Shown piece by piece: positions 1 to 10,953 of a stretch of DNA of 64,000 nucleotides (position 1 is the first letter of the stretch; every line of letters starts with the position of its first letter). Both the position numbers and the translations under genes were made by a program. The DNA is from an uncultured Microthrixaceae bacterium (lineage in GTDB: Bacteria > Actinomycetota > Acidimicrobiia > Acidimicrobiales > DATDAH01). The stretch spans positions 129,272 through 193,271 of the forward strand of contig CAVPAN010000016.1 in NCBI GenBank assembly GCA_963701565.1, read 5' to 3'. The notes under the pieces are model-generated. The model worked only from the letters and a program-made list of their open reading frames with translations. It was not told the DNA's origin and did not search any database.

Positions 1-756
1 CTCGCCCTTTCGCTGTTCGGCATGGCCGCCGGTGGGACCCACGCCCACGCGGAAGGCCACGACGAAGCGGCCGGCGGGGGCCACGGGGACAGCCACGGAG
101 ATGCGGCCGCCGCCGGCGACGACCACGGCGACCACACCGATACGGCGGACCACGAGGAGCAGGTCGTGGTCCCGTTCGATCCGGAGCAGCCGATCGACTT
201 CAGTGGCATCGAGGGCGTGACCCCGCGCCAGCAGGCCTGGGCCGAGAACGTCGTGGGGGCCACGCTGCTGCTGCTGCCGCAGTGGTCAGACCCGGAGTAC
301 GCGCTGGCCAACGGCTTCCACAGCATCGGTGACGGTTTCACCGGGACCGAGCACTTCATCAACGACGAGAACATCGATGATCCCTCGATCTTCGACCCGG
401 CCAAGCCGGAGTCGCTGGTCTGGGACACGACCTCGGGCGAGCGTCGCCTGGTGGCCGCTATGTACATGCTCGAGCGGGGCACCCCACTGGAGGACGCGCC
501 GAACCTCGGCGGGAACCTCATGCAGTGGCACATCCACAACAACCTCTGCTACACCCCGTCGGGTCAGGTTGTCGGCATAACCAACGGCGACGGCGAGTGC
601 CCGCCGGGCCTGATCCTGCCCGAGCCCACACCGATGGTCCACGTCTGGCTGGAGCCACAGGCCTGTGGGCCGTTCTCGGCGCTGGAGGGCATCGGCGGCG
701 GTCAGATCGCCGAGGGTGAAGACGTGCTGTGCGACCACCAGCACGGCTCGACCTGA
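1..756 (+). CDS. His/acidic-rich hypothetical protein, probably 5'-partial
   Basis: Open frame from the window edge with GC-rich codon usage; His-rich linker followed by FHSIGD..EHF..PESLVW..WHIHNNLC motifs. Confidence 0.75.
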   Translation, partial: LALSLFGMAAGGTHAHAEGHDEAAGGGHGDSHGDAAAAGDDHGDHTDTADHEEQVVVPFDPEQPIDFSGIEGVTPRQQAWAENVVGATLLLLPQWSDPEYALANGFHSIGDGFTGTEHFINDENIDDPSIFDPAKPESLVWDTTSGERRLVAAMYMLERGTPLEDAPNLGGNLMQWHIHNNLCYTPSGQVVGITNGDGECPPGLILPEPTPMVHVWLEPQACGPFSALEGIGGGQIAEGEDVLCDHQHGST

Positions 757-828
757 GCCCCGCGAAGCACACCCGCCACCTGCTCGGCTCTGACTGAGGC
801 CGGTCGCCCCCTCGAGGAGCCCCCCGCC

Positions 829-2020
829 TCAGCCCTCGCGGTCGAACCGGGTCACGACCTCGACGTGGCCGGTGTGACCGAACATGTCGACCACCACGCT
901 CTCGACGTGGGTGTACCCGGCCGCGACCAGGCCGGCGCTGTCCCGGCCCAGGGAGGCCGCATCACAGCTGACCAGGACGACCCGGGCCGCGCCGGTCGCG
1001 GCGACCCGCTGGATCCCGGCGGCGGTCAGACCCGCTCGGGCCGGGTCGGCGACCACGACCGCGGCGGGCGTCGGGCGCCAGCGGGCCACCGGCTTGGCGA
1101 TCACCCGGGCGGTCCGCCCGGCCAGGTTGTGGCGGGCGTCAGCGGCCCCGGACGGCGAGCGCTCGACCACCACCACCGGGCGGTCGCCGGCGACCGTGAC
1201 GGCGAACAGGCCGATGCCGCCATACAGGTCGACGAAGGTCCCGTCGGGCGCGGCCGCCACCTGGTCGGCGACCACGGTGACGAGAGCCTCGGCCCCCGTC
1301 CCGCGGGTCTGGAGGAACGACGACGCCGACACCCGGAGACGGTGGCCCGCCACCTCCGCGAAGAACCAACGCCGGCGGCCCGCGACCAGCTGGTCGGTGC
1401 CGATCACCGATACGTCCTCGGGGGCCACGACGCCCTCCGCGGTGGGCTCGGCCACGATCAGGCGCTCGCCAGTACCGTCGGCGACGCGGAGCGTCAGCTC
1501 GGTGGCCCGGCCGGGCGCGACGACGCCGGGCGCCAACAGCTCGGCCAGGCGGGGCGACGACGACGAGGCAGTCCTCGACGGGCACCACCGCGTGGCTACC
1601 CCGGCCGCGGTGGCCGAGGCGACCGTCCCGCACCGCCAGGCGCAGCGAGTTCCGCGACCGCTCGGCGGGCACGGGCGGCCCGGCCCGAACGACCGGGGCC
1701 TCGAGGTGACCCAGCCGGCGGAGCGCATCGACCACGATCTCGAGGCGCATGGCCGACTGCAGCGCAGGGGTGGCGTGCTGCCAGTCGCACCCCCCACAGC
1801 CGGCGGCGACGTACGGGCAGGGTGGCTCGACCCGCCCGGCGGCGGCGTCCAGCACCTCGACGACCTCGCCGTGGAGGCTTCCGTGCCGATCCTCGACGGT
1901 GACCGAGGCCCGTTCGCCGGGAAGGGCGCCCGCGACCAGCACGACCCGGCCGTCGTCGTCACGGCAGAGGGCGGTACCGCCGGCCACCATCCGCTCGGCG
2001 CGGACCTCGATGGTCGTCAA
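829..2020 (-). CDS. TRAM-domain class I SAM-dependent RNA (uracil-5) methyltransferase, RlmD/TrmA family (frameshifted ~1545)
   Basis: N-part: VAGALPGE, CPYVAAGCGGCDWQH 4Fe-4S motif. C-part: SFLQ, DLYGGIG, DPARAG, VSCD..SLGRD, DMFGHTGHVE. Confidence 0.85.
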
Positions 2021-2030
2021 CGGGCCCGTC

Positions 2031-2399
2031 TCAGTCCGGCGGGGGGATGCAGCACCAGCCACGGTTGACCAGCTCGGTGGCCATGACCTCCGCGTCCAGG
2101 CGCACCGCGATCTCCTCGTCCCGTTCCCGCCGGCGGCGCTGGTCGGGGGTCTCGACCGCCTCGCCCGGCGTCGACTCCGGTGCCGCGGCGGCCTCGATCT
2201 CGGCCTCCCCCTCCAGGCGGTCGATGAGCTCGTCGACCTCGCCGGTGGTGAACTTCCCCGCCGCCTGTCGCTGGGTCAGCCCGAAGGGATGCCGGGCCTC
2301 TTTGAACGAGTCGAAACCACGGGCTTCGAGCAGCTCGGCCAGCTCGGCCACCCGCCGCTGGGGGGCCGGGGGGCCGGGGGCCTGTCCGAATGCCATCAC
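2031..2399 (-). CDS. hypothetical protein
   Basis: 122-aa ORF with coding-like composition, co-oriented with and just upstream of the methyltransferase. Confidence 0.7.
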   Translation of the reverse strand: MMAFGQAPGPPAPQRRVAELAELLEARGFDSFKEARHPFGLTQRQAAGKFTTGEVDELIDRLEGEAEIEAAAAPESTPGEAVETPDQRRRRERDEEIAVRLDAEVMATELVNRGWCCIPPPD

Positions 2400-2529
2400 G
2401 CCAACCTACGCACGAGGAGTGACAACGCCGGGGACCCGGGGCCGAACACCGGTACCCTGCCCCTGTCCGTTCGTCTCACCGGGGACCCCGAGAGCCTGTC
2501 GCCTCCTCTGAGCACATCTGAGGAGAGAC

Positions 2530-3660
2530 ATGTCCCCCATCCTGCGAGCCCTGCCCACGAGCGCGCTCGACGACGACCGGGACACGGCCATCGTCTACTG
2601 CGAGGCCAACTTCGGCGCCGGCGACGGCAAGACCGCCAACGGCCTCGTCCGCCACTCCGAGCGCTACGAGATCCTCTCGGTCATCGACAGCGCCCAGGCC
2701 GGCCTCGATGCCGGCCTCGTGCTGGACGGCGTGGCCAACGGCATCCCCATCTGCCGGGACCTGGCCGACGCCCTGGACCTGGCCGGCGGGGTGCCCGACT
2801 GGTTCATCTTCGGCATGGCGCCGGCCACCGGGCTGCTCTCGATCCACGAGCGCAGCGTCATCCTCGAGGCCATCGAACTCGGGATGAACATCGTCAACGG
2901 GCTGCACGAGTTCCTCAACGACGACCCGGTCTTCGCCGCGGCCAGCTCGGCCAGCGGCGTGGAGATCCTCGACGTCCGCCGGCCGCGGGCCAAGAAGGAC
3001 CTTCGCCTGTTCAGCGGCCGCATCGACGGGGTCACCTGCCCCCGCATCGCCGTGCTGGGCACCGACAGCGCCATCGGCAAGCGGACGACCGCCACGATCC
3101 TGACCCAGGCCCTCAACGACCACGGCCTGAAGGCGGTGATGGTCGGCACCGGCCAGACCGGCCTGATCCAGGGCGCCCGCTACGGCGTCGCCCTCGACGC
3201 CATCCCGTCCCAGTTCTGTTCCGGCGAGATGGAGGCTGCCGTGGTCGAGGCCTTCGAGGGCGAGAACCCCGACGTGATCGTCATCGAGGGCCAGGGGGCG
3301 CTCAGCCACCCCGCCTACCTCACCTCGACCTTCATCCTGCGGGGCGGCCGGCCCGACGCCGTCGTCCTCCAGCACGCTCCCGGGCGGACGCGCCTCGGAG
3401 ACTTCGGCGACCTGCCGATGCCGACCCCGGCCAGCGAGATCCAGCTCATCGAGACCTTCGCCGACACCAAGGTCATCGGCCTCACGGTCAACCACGAGAA
3501 CATGACCGACGCCGAGGTGAGCGCGGCGATCACCCTCTACGAGGCCGAGCTGGGCATCCCCGCCACCGACGCGCTCAGCCGGCCGCCCGAGGAGCTGGTG
3601 GCCATGGTGCTGGCCGCGTTCCCGGAGCTCGACGAGGAGCTGTCGCCGGCGTGCGATGAG
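2530..3660 (+). CDS. DUF1611 domain protein (DgcN-like P-loop protein)
   Basis: GKTANGLVRHS, GTDSAIGKRTT, IEGQGALSHP motifs; AGGAG RBS; the true stop near 3660 is obscured by a probable indel. Confidence 0.85.
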
Positions 3661-4739
3661 CGCCCCGCGGCTGGAGATCGACCTCGACGAAGGTCCGCCA
3701 CAACGCCCGCACCCTGGTCGAACGCCTCGGCCGCCGGGGCATCGCCGTCACGGCGGTCACCAAGGGGACCCTGGGCTCCGCCGCCGTCGCCCACGAGCTG
3801 GTCCGGGCCGGGGTCGACGGCCTCGGGCGACTCCCGCATCGAGAACGTCGAGGCCCTGCGCCGGGCCGGCGTCACGGCGCCGATCACCCTGCATCCGCTC
3901 CCCCATGCTCAGCCAGGTCGACCGGGTGGTGGCCGCACGCCGACGTGAGCGCCAACACCGAGGTCGTCGTGCTCCGGCGCCTGTCGGCCGCCGCCGTGGC
4001 CCAGGACCGGATCCACGGCGTCCTGCTGATGGTCGAGTCCGGCGACCTCCGGGAGGGCATCCTGCCCGCCGACCTCGTCGGAGTCGTGGACGAGGTGCGG
4101 CGGCTGCCCGGCCTCCGCCTGGCCGGCGTCGGCACCAACCTGGCCTGCCAGAGCGGGGTGGTGCCCAGCCCCGGCAACATGACCGAGCTGTCGCCGACTC
4201 GTGGACCGCCGTCGAGCGCTCGACCGGCGTGGGCGTCGAGCGGGTGTCGGGGGGCAACTCCGCGAACCTGGAGTGGGCCTTCGGGACCACCGACGTCGGT
4301 CGGGTGAACGACCTCCGCCTCGGCGAGGCGATCCTGCTCGGCCGCGAGGCCCTGCACCGGCGCCCAGTCGACGACCTGCACACCGATGCCTTCACCCTCG
4401 TGGCCGAGGTCATCGAGTCCCAGGTGAAGCCGTCGCGGCCGTGGGGAGACATCGCCCAGAACGCCTTCGGGGAGACTGTCGCGGTCCGGGACCGGGGCGA
4501 GGTCCGCCAGGCGATCCTGGCCCTCGGTCGCCAGGACGTCGATCCTCGGGGCCTCGTCCCGCCCGTCGGCATCGAGATCCTCGGGGCCAGCAGCGACCAC
4601 CTGGTCCTGGACACCGGCAGCCCACGACCTGGCCGTCGGCACCGAGGTCCGCTTCGAGATCGACTACGCCGCCCTGCTCGGTGCCATGACCTCCCCGTTC
4701 GTCACCGAGCGGGTCCTCGACGCTCAGACCTGCTCGTAG
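3656..4739 (+). CDS. alanine/ornithine racemase family PLP enzyme (several frameshifts)
   Basis: PRLEIDL, AVTK, GDSRIEN, MVESGDLREG, GTNLAC, SGGNS, LRLGEAILLG, GASSDHL, AMTSPFV motifs spread over different frames. Confidence 0.85.
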
Positions 4740-6188
4740 GCCTCCAGGTCGGGGGCGGCCATCTCCTCACGGAAGCGGTCGAACCGGAAGGGCCAGACCG
4801 CGGGCACGCCGCGGTCGTCGAGGTACCAGCTGGTGCACCCGGTGGCCCAGATCGTGTGCCGGGATGCCTCCAGGCGCTGCGTCCTCGAAGTCGTCGGTGG
4901 CGGCCTGGGTGGCGCTGATCTCGGCGGCACTCGCCCGATCGCAGGCGGTCGATCGAGCTGCAGCACGTAGCCGAGCTGCAGCTCGGCCACCTCGATGAGC
5001 GAGAAGTTGCCCGACCGGGCCGTTCGGGCCGTTGAGCAGGAAGAGGTTGGGGAACTCCGGGATGGAGATGGAGAGGTAGGCCGTGGGACGGTCGGCCCAG
5101 ACCTCGGCCAGGCGTCACGCCGTCGCGGCCGACCACGTCCATCGGGCGCATGAAGGCGTCCGCGTGGAACCCGGTGGCCAGCACCAGCACGTCGAGCTCG
5201 TGGAGCCGCCCGTCCCGGGTGCGCACCCCGCCGGCCTCGACCCGCTCGATGCCTCGGTGACCAGCTCGGCGTTCGGGTGCTGGATCGCCTCGTAGAAGTT
5301 GTCCGACAGGACCAGGCGCTTGCAGCCGGCCCGGTAGTCGGGGCGCAGGCGCTCCCGCAGGTCGGGGTCGGTGACGCTGTTCTCGAGGTTGTCGAGGCAG
5401 GCCTGCTCGACGGCCGCCATCTCCGGCGAGTCGGCCTCGACCACGCAGCGCGAGAAGCCCTCGAAGGCCGCGCTCAGGCTCGTCGTGGACCGCCCGCAGC
5501 CGCTCGGGGTCCTCCCGGAACAGACGGCGGGTCTCCTCGTCGTAGGCCGGGTTCTCGAGCGGGGCGATCCACTGCGCGGTGCGCTGGAAGAGGCTCAGGT
5601 GGGCCACCCGGTCGACGAGGGCCCCGGTGATCTGCACCGCGGTGGAGCCGGTGCCGATCACGCCGACCCGGGCGCCGTCGAGGGCCACGTCGTGGTCCCA
5701 GCGGGCGCTGTGGAAGCAGGCCCCGGCGAAGTCCTCGAGGCCCTCGATGTCCGGGTAGCGGGGATGGTGCAGCACGCCGGTGGCGGCGATGACCACGTCG
5801 GCCTCGTCCTCGGTGCCCGCCGCGGTCGAGAGGTGCCAGCGGCCGTCCCGCCACTCGCAGCGCCGTGACCTCCTCGCCGAAGCGGATGAGCGGGATGACG
5901 CCGTGCTCCTCGGCCACCCGCTCGAAGTAGGCCTGGATCTCCGCGCCCGTCGGAGAACGACCGGCTCCAGTCGGGGTTCAGGGCGAACGAGTAGCTGTAG
6001 AGGTGCGACGGCACGTCGCAGGCGATGCCCGGGTAGGTGTTCTCCCGCCAGGTGCCACCGAGCCGGTCGGCCTTCTCGTAGACGACGACGTCGTCGATGC
6101 CCGCCTCGCGGAGCTTGATGGCGCTGAGGATCCCGGCCATCCCCGCACCGATGACGATGACCCGCAACTCCCGCTCCGCCGTGCCCAT
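4724..6188 (-). CDS. flavin-containing (Baeyer-Villiger-type) monooxygenase (frameshifted)
   Basis: GAGMAG, GGTWRENTYPG, FHSARWD, GTGSTAVQ, ATGF motifs. Confidence 0.9.
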
Positions 6189-6266
6189 GCCGGGCAGTCT
6201 CGCATCCCTGACCACAGGCCCGGACCAGCCGAAGGTCCCGAGTGTCCCTGACCCAGCTGAGGGCGC

Positions 6267-7682
6267 TCAGTCGAGCGGATGGTCGGTGAAGACGAGGCTG
6301 ACGCTGTGCCCGCTCGACGGCCAGTTGGGGACGTTGAACGTCTGGGGGCGGCCGGTGTCACCGCGCGGGATGTTGGTCACGGTGATGATCCCGTCGGCAG
6401 CCTCGGAGGCGGGCACGTACACGTCGACGCCGCTCTGGAACGGTTGGGTGGCGAAGTAGGGCAGGGCGGCGAGCGTGGTCTCGCCCGGGGTCGCCGCGTC
6501 GTCATGGAGGTGCAGGCCGATGGCCCCGTTGCCCACGAAGTCGGCGAGCACGTCGACCGGCTCACCGCCGTCGACGCTGACCTCGAGGACGTCGCTCTGG
6601 TCCCCCGGGAGGTCGGGGTCGTCAGCCGCGTACCACTCCCGCATGCGAATGGCGATCAGCGCGGTGTGGTCGTCGCCGACGTTGGTGTTGGACCGGGTTG
6701 CACCGTCGGGCGGTGAGGACAGCAGGCGCACCAGGCGGCTGCTGCGGATGTAGGGCTGAAGGTAGAGGTGGTGCTGCGTCGGCGAGTCCCGGGCCGAGAG
6801 CAGCCACTCGTAGTGCGCTCCCGATCGGGCCACGAACGGGCCGAACGCCCCGTCGGCGTCGAGGGTGAACGACACGTGGGGCTCGTCGCCGATCCGCTGC
6901 CCGGTGGTGGGGTCCACCTCCCACACGTCGAGGTCCACGCCCTCCCGACCGGTGTTCTCGGGGAAGTTGACGGCCCGGCCCGACAACACGATCGGGTCCC
7001 GCTGCGCAACGATGTCGACCAACTCCGGCTCCTCGCCCACCAGGAACTCGTACTGGGCGGCGAAGGACTCCGACGAGGTCGCCACCTCGACGTGGGCCTG
7101 GCCGGGGTTCGACTCCTGGGTCGGGGCCAGGCAGGGCACGACGTCGGGACAGGGGGCGCCGTCGATGGCGATGTACTTCGCCACCTTCGCCGCCCGGGCC
7201 GGATCGCTGAGGTAGGTGGTGGAGACGAAGGTCCCACGCGAGTGGCCGACCAGGTACACCTGCTCGACGCCGAAGTCCGCCAAGGCCTGGTCGATGAGGG
7301 CGTCCACGGCATCGGCATAGCCCGGGATGTCCACCCCGGCGCCGTCGTGGTCGTAGGCCAGGAGACGCTCCGCCGGGTACCCGTTGGCCACGAAGCGCTG
7401 CGCCTGGGACTCGTACTGCTGGGCCGACCCCGCGAAGCCGTGCACGAACACGATGGGCCGCGCCACCTCCTCGGGCAGCGGGGCCAGGGGGTCCGTACCG
7501 TCCTCGTCGACGGCCGCGACCTCGGCCCCGGGCAGATCCGCCACCTCGGCCGGGATGGTGGTCTCGGTCGGCGCCTCGGTGCCTGCGCCCTGCGCCGAAC
7601 CACCCGAGTCGTCCCCACTGCAAGCGGCCACCGCAACCAGGGCCACGACGAGGGCAACGCGGCCGGCGACGCGGCCGGTCAC
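6267..7682 (-). CDS. lipoprotein alpha/beta hydrolase resembling Archaeoglobus AFL-type lipase with C-terminal beta domain
   Basis: Lipobox AVAAC; PIVFVHGFAGSAQQYESQAQRFVANGYP; nucleophile GHSRG; HVEVATS. Confidence 0.85.
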   Translation of the reverse strand: MTGRVAGRVALVVALVAVAACSGDDSGGSAQGAGTEAPTETTIPAEVADLPGAEVAAVDEDGTDPLAPLPEEVARPIVFVHGFAGSAQQYESQAQRFVANGYPAERLLAYDHDGAGVDIPGYADAVDALIDQALADFGVEQVYLVGHSRGTFVSTTYLSDPARAAKVAKYIAIDGAPCPDVVPCLAPTQESNPGQAHVEVATSSESFAAQYEFLVGEEPELVDIVAQRDPIVLSGRAVNFPENTGREGVDLDVWEVDPTTGQRIGDEPHVSFTLDADGAFGPFVARSGAHYEWLLSARDSPTQHHLYLQPYIRSSRLVRLLSSPPDGATRSNTNVGDDHTALIAIRMREWYAADDPDLPGDQSDVLEVSVDGGEPVDVLADFVGNGAIGLHLHDDAATPGETTLAALPYFATQPFQSGVDVYVPASEAADGIITVTNIPRGDTGRPQTFNVPNWPSSGHSVSLVFTDHPLD

Positions 7683-8110
7683 GAGCCGGCGCCCCCGGCC
7701 TCGATGGCCGCGGCCATCTGGCGGTGGACGGCGTTGACGGCCTGCAGCGGCCGGATCATGACCCGGAACTCCACGATGCGGCCGGTGTCGTCGCAGCGGA
7801 TGATGTCCACCCCGTTCACGTACTTGCCGTCGACGCTGGTCTCGAACTCCAGGACGGCGGTGTCACCGGCCAGGACCTGCTTCGTGTAGCGGAAGCCTCC
7901 CCCGGTCGAGCCGCCGGCCGCGCCGCTGGGCTCACCGGCGAGGCTCCCGAAGGCCGCCTCCAGGTACACCTTGGTGATCGCCTTGCCCTCCTGGGGGGTG
8001 AAGACGATCGGCGAAAGGAACACCACGTCGTCGGCCAGGAGCTCGTCGAGCCCACCCGGCAGTCGGCCCCGCAGGTGCTCGTGCCACTTCGCCACCGTCT
8101 CCTCGATCAC
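7679..8110 (-). CDS. NTF2/SnoaL-like protein
   Basis: LLADDVVFLSP, NGVDIIR, VMIRPL motifs; overlaps the next gene by 4 bp. Confidence 0.9.
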   Translation of the reverse strand: MIEETVAKWHEHLRGRLPGGLDELLADDVVFLSPIVFTPQEGKAITKVYLEAAFGSLAGEPSGAAGGSTGGGFRYTKQVLAGDTAVLEFETSVDGKYVNGVDIIRCDDTGRIVEFRVMIRPLQAVNAVHRQMAAAIEAGGAGS

Positions 8111-8189
8111 GTGCGCCTCCTCGTCCGGACCCGAAGTCTCGCGGATCGCGCTGCGGTCTTCGTCGAGCGCGCTCGCTAGCGTCGCGACC

Positions 8190-8576
8190 GTGCCTGAGGC
8201 CGACACCCTTCCCCTGCCGAAGAAGACCCGCGTCCGGGTGACCAGCCCGATGAAGGGCGTGCCCGAGGGCACGCCCGGGACGGTGACGGCCACCATCGGT
8301 CTGGCCATGCCCCGCCACCGCGTGAAGTTCGACAACGGGACCTTCATCACTTCGGTCGACCGGACCCGGCTCGTGCTGGAGGATGACTGGGACGAGTTCC
8401 TGGCCACCCGGGAGGCGGAGGAGAAGGCCGCCGCCGAGAAGGCGGCGGCCCCACCGGAGCCCGAGGCCGAGCCGGCCCCGCCCGCCGAGGGCGCGGCGTC
8501 CCCGGCCGACGACCGCCTCGCCGCCCTCGCCGCCAAGGCCAAGGCCGCCCGGGAGAAGAAGGCCGCCGGGGGCTGA
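8190..8576 (+). CDS. hypothetical protein (small beta domain plus Ala/Glu/Lys-rich tail)
   Basis: GVPEGTPGTV..RVKFDNG domain with good codon usage. Confidence 0.7.
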   Translation: MPEADTLPLPKKTRVRVTSPMKGVPEGTPGTVTATIGLAMPRHRVKFDNGTFITSVDRTRLVLEDDWDEFLATREAEEKAAAEKAAAPPEPEAEPAPPAEGAASPADDRLAALAAKAKAAREKKAAGG

Positions 8577-8608
8577 CCGCCGCTGCGGTCAGCCGAGGAA
8601 CACCCCCG

Positions 8609-9394
8609 TCAGCGGTTGCGCGCCAGCAGGGCCAGCAGGCGCAGCAGGGTGATGTAGAGCCAGACCAGGGTCACCAGCAGGCCATAGGCGGCGTACCACT
8701 GCAGGCGCTTGGGTGCCCCGGCGGCCACTCCCGCCTCGATCGCGGCGAAGTCGAGCGTGAAGCTCAGGGCGGCCAGCACCACGGCGATGAGGTTCACCAC
8801 GATGCCGATCGTCTGGAACTGGTCGCTGTAGAGCCAGGTCCAGTTGAAGATGGAGAGGACGGCCACGAACAGGTAGAGCAGGCACAGGCCTCCGATGCCC
8901 GCCGCCACCCCGAAGGCCATGCGCTGGGTCGGCCGCACCAGGCGGGTGACGTACATGAACAGGGAGGCCAGGAAGACACAGATCGTGGCCAGGATGGCGG
9001 CGCCGACGATGCCCTCGGTCTGGGCGTCGAACATCGCGCTGATCGCCCCGAGCACGAACCCCTCGGCCAGCGCGTAGAGCATCGCCGGCAGGGCCGCCCG
9101 GGCCGGGTTCACGATGATGTAGATCCCGAGGAGGAAGGCGCCGAAGGACGCCACCCAGAAGCCGCCCGGGATGGTGACGGTGGTGTTGGCGTAGCCCGAT
9201 CCGAGGTCGACCCCCGTCGGCTCGACGGCCGAGGCCCATCCCCAGGCCCCGCCCACGAGCAGGATGATCAGCAGGAACGCGGTCGTGACCGTCGTCCCCG
9301 CGACCGACATCGTGCCGGGGGTGCTGACGGCCCGCGTGGCCTCCTCGAACTTCTCCCCCAGGGCCGGGTTGCCCGAACGTCCCATGGTCTGCAT
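8609..9394 (-). CDS. Bax inhibitor-1/YccA family membrane protein
   Basis: SGNPAL start, about 7 hydrophobic helices, LYALAEG, LDF, GLLVTLVWLY. Confidence 0.9.
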   Translation of the reverse strand: MQTMGRSGNPALGEKFEEATRAVSTPGTMSVAGTTVTTAFLLIILLVGGAWGWASAVEPTGVDLGSGYANTTVTIPGGFWVASFGAFLLGIYIIVNPARAALPAMLYALAEGFVLGAISAMFDAQTEGIVGAAILATICVFLASLFMYVTRLVRPTQRMAFGVAAGIGGLCLLYLFVAVLSIFNWTWLYSDQFQTIGIVVNLIAVVLAALSFTLDFAAIEAGVAAGAPKRLQWYAAYGLLVTLVWLYITLLRLLALLARNR

Positions 9395-9469
9395 CCCGGC
9401 GCGCCCTCCCCCGGTCCGTGTGTCGGGCATTCCTACCCGATCGGCACCACCGCTCCTCTCGTCGGGCCC

Positions 9470-9994
9470 TCAGGCCTCCTCGGCATCCTTCTCGATGGCG
9501 GCGGTGTCGGCCTCGAGCTGCTTGGCCTCGATCTTCTCGGCCTTGGCCATGGCCCGCTCGATCTTGGCCTCCATGTCGGACACGGCCACGACGACCAGGC
9601 CGGCGGTGCCCGCATCGAGGGCCTCGCCGGCCTCCTTCAGGTCCTTGCGGCTCATGCCCGCCGACGCGTGACCGGCGACCGCGCCGAGCACGGCACCGCC
9701 ACCCGTGGCCGCCGCCAGGAGCCCGCCTCCGATGGCGGCCGCCGGGAAGAGGGCGATCACGAGGCCGGTGGCCAGGCCGACGCCGCCGCCCGCCACGCCG
9801 CCGACCCGGGTGGGGGTCTCGTGCTTCTTGACGATCTTGACCTTGCCGTCGTCCCGACGCTCCACCACGGCGGCGTCGTAGGCGTCGATCAGGCCGGTCT
9901 CGACGTGCAGCGACTTGACCGCCTCGTAGTCGGCGATGGCGTCATCGACATCGGCGTACACGCCGATGTAGGCGAAAAAGGTGTCCATGGCCAT
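9470..9994 (-). CDS. DUF1269 family protein
   Basis: DAAVVERRDDGKV, Gly-zipper hydrophobic hairpin, GMSRKDLKE. Confidence 0.85.
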   Translation of the reverse strand: MAMDTFFAYIGVYADVDDAIADYEAVKSLHVETGLIDAYDAAVVERRDDGKVKIVKKHETPTRVGGVAGGGVGLATGLVIALFPAAAIGGGLLAAATGGGAVLGAVAGHASAGMSRKDLKEAGEALDAGTAGLVVVAVSDMEAKIERAMAKAEKIEAKQLEADTAAIEKDAEEA

Positions 9995-10106
9995 GTCGGG
10001 CCTCCGCTGGGTCGGGATCTCGTCGGTCCCGATCATCGCTGATCTCCGGCTCGGGATCCTCATCAGCCGAGGACGAACGCCACTCCTCGACCCCTTTCCG
10101 GGAGGC

Positions 10107-10874
10107 TCAGGCGAACGTTCGGACCAGGCGGAGTACGTCGACGGCGTCGGGGCCTTCGGCGGTGAGGCCGGTGGCGGCGGCTTCGGCCCGCTGCCCGGCG
10201 ACCTCACAGAGGTCGGCGGCCGAGCCCCGGACGATGTTGAGCGACCCGTCCGACCCGTCCGGCCTGTCCGGCCGAAAGGACCAGGAGCCGCCGTCAGGGG
10301 CCGTGAGCTCGAAGGCCACCGGGGCCTGCAGGTCCTGCCCCGCCCGGGCGAAGGCGTAGGGCACCGTTCGCCAGGCCAGTCGGGCTACGTGCCAGAGCCG
10401 GTCGGTGGGCTCGGGCCGCAGGCCGTAGGCCGAGGCCACGTCCACGGTGTGGATCCAGGACTCCGACAGTCGGGTCGAGGCCAGCGTGCGGGCCGCCATG
10501 TCCCCCGCCACCCACAGGACCCGGTCGTGGGGATCGCAGCCCGCGAAGGCGGCGACCTGCGCGTCGGCACTCCGCAGCCACCGGTCCCGGATCTCCGTCG
10601 GTGGGTGGTCCCGCTCGGCGGCGACCGCCAGATCGGCCAGCTCGTCGACGTCACCGGCCCCGGCGTCGTCGACCCCACCGAGGTGGAACTGCCCGAGGCG
10701 GCTCTCGACGCTGGCCACCGCCGCCTCGTTGGTCTGAGCCAGGTGCAGGAGGACATCCACCGCCGTCCAGCCCTCGCAGCGCGTCGTCGCCAGCAGGTCG
10801 GCGTCGTCGCGTTCGGCCACCAGGAGCCGCAACTCCTGCTGCTGACCCGCCAGCGCCTGGATCACCTCGTCCAT
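10107..10874 (-). CDS. MDMPI/maleylpyruvate isomerase family mycothiol-dependent enzyme (TIGR03084-like)
   Basis: CEGWT..DVLLHLA, RLSESWIHTVD, LTAPDG. Confidence 0.85.
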   Translation of the reverse strand: MDEVIQALAGQQQELRLLVAERDDADLLATTRCEGWTAVDVLLHLAQTNEAAVASVESRLGQFHLGGVDDAGAGDVDELADLAVAAERDHPPTEIRDRWLRSADAQVAAFAGCDPHDRVLWVAGDMAARTLASTRLSESWIHTVDVASAYGLRPEPTDRLWHVARLAWRTVPYAFARAGQDLQAPVAFELTAPDGGSWSFRPDRPDGSDGSLNIVRGSAADLCEVAGQRAEAAATGLTAEGPDAVDVLRLVRTFA

Positions 10875-10953
10875 GCGGCAACGCTAGACCCGGCGCCGGG
10901 GCCGGCCGCCTTAGGGTGGGCCGCTTGCGTCCGGTACCGATGTCGTCGCGGTC

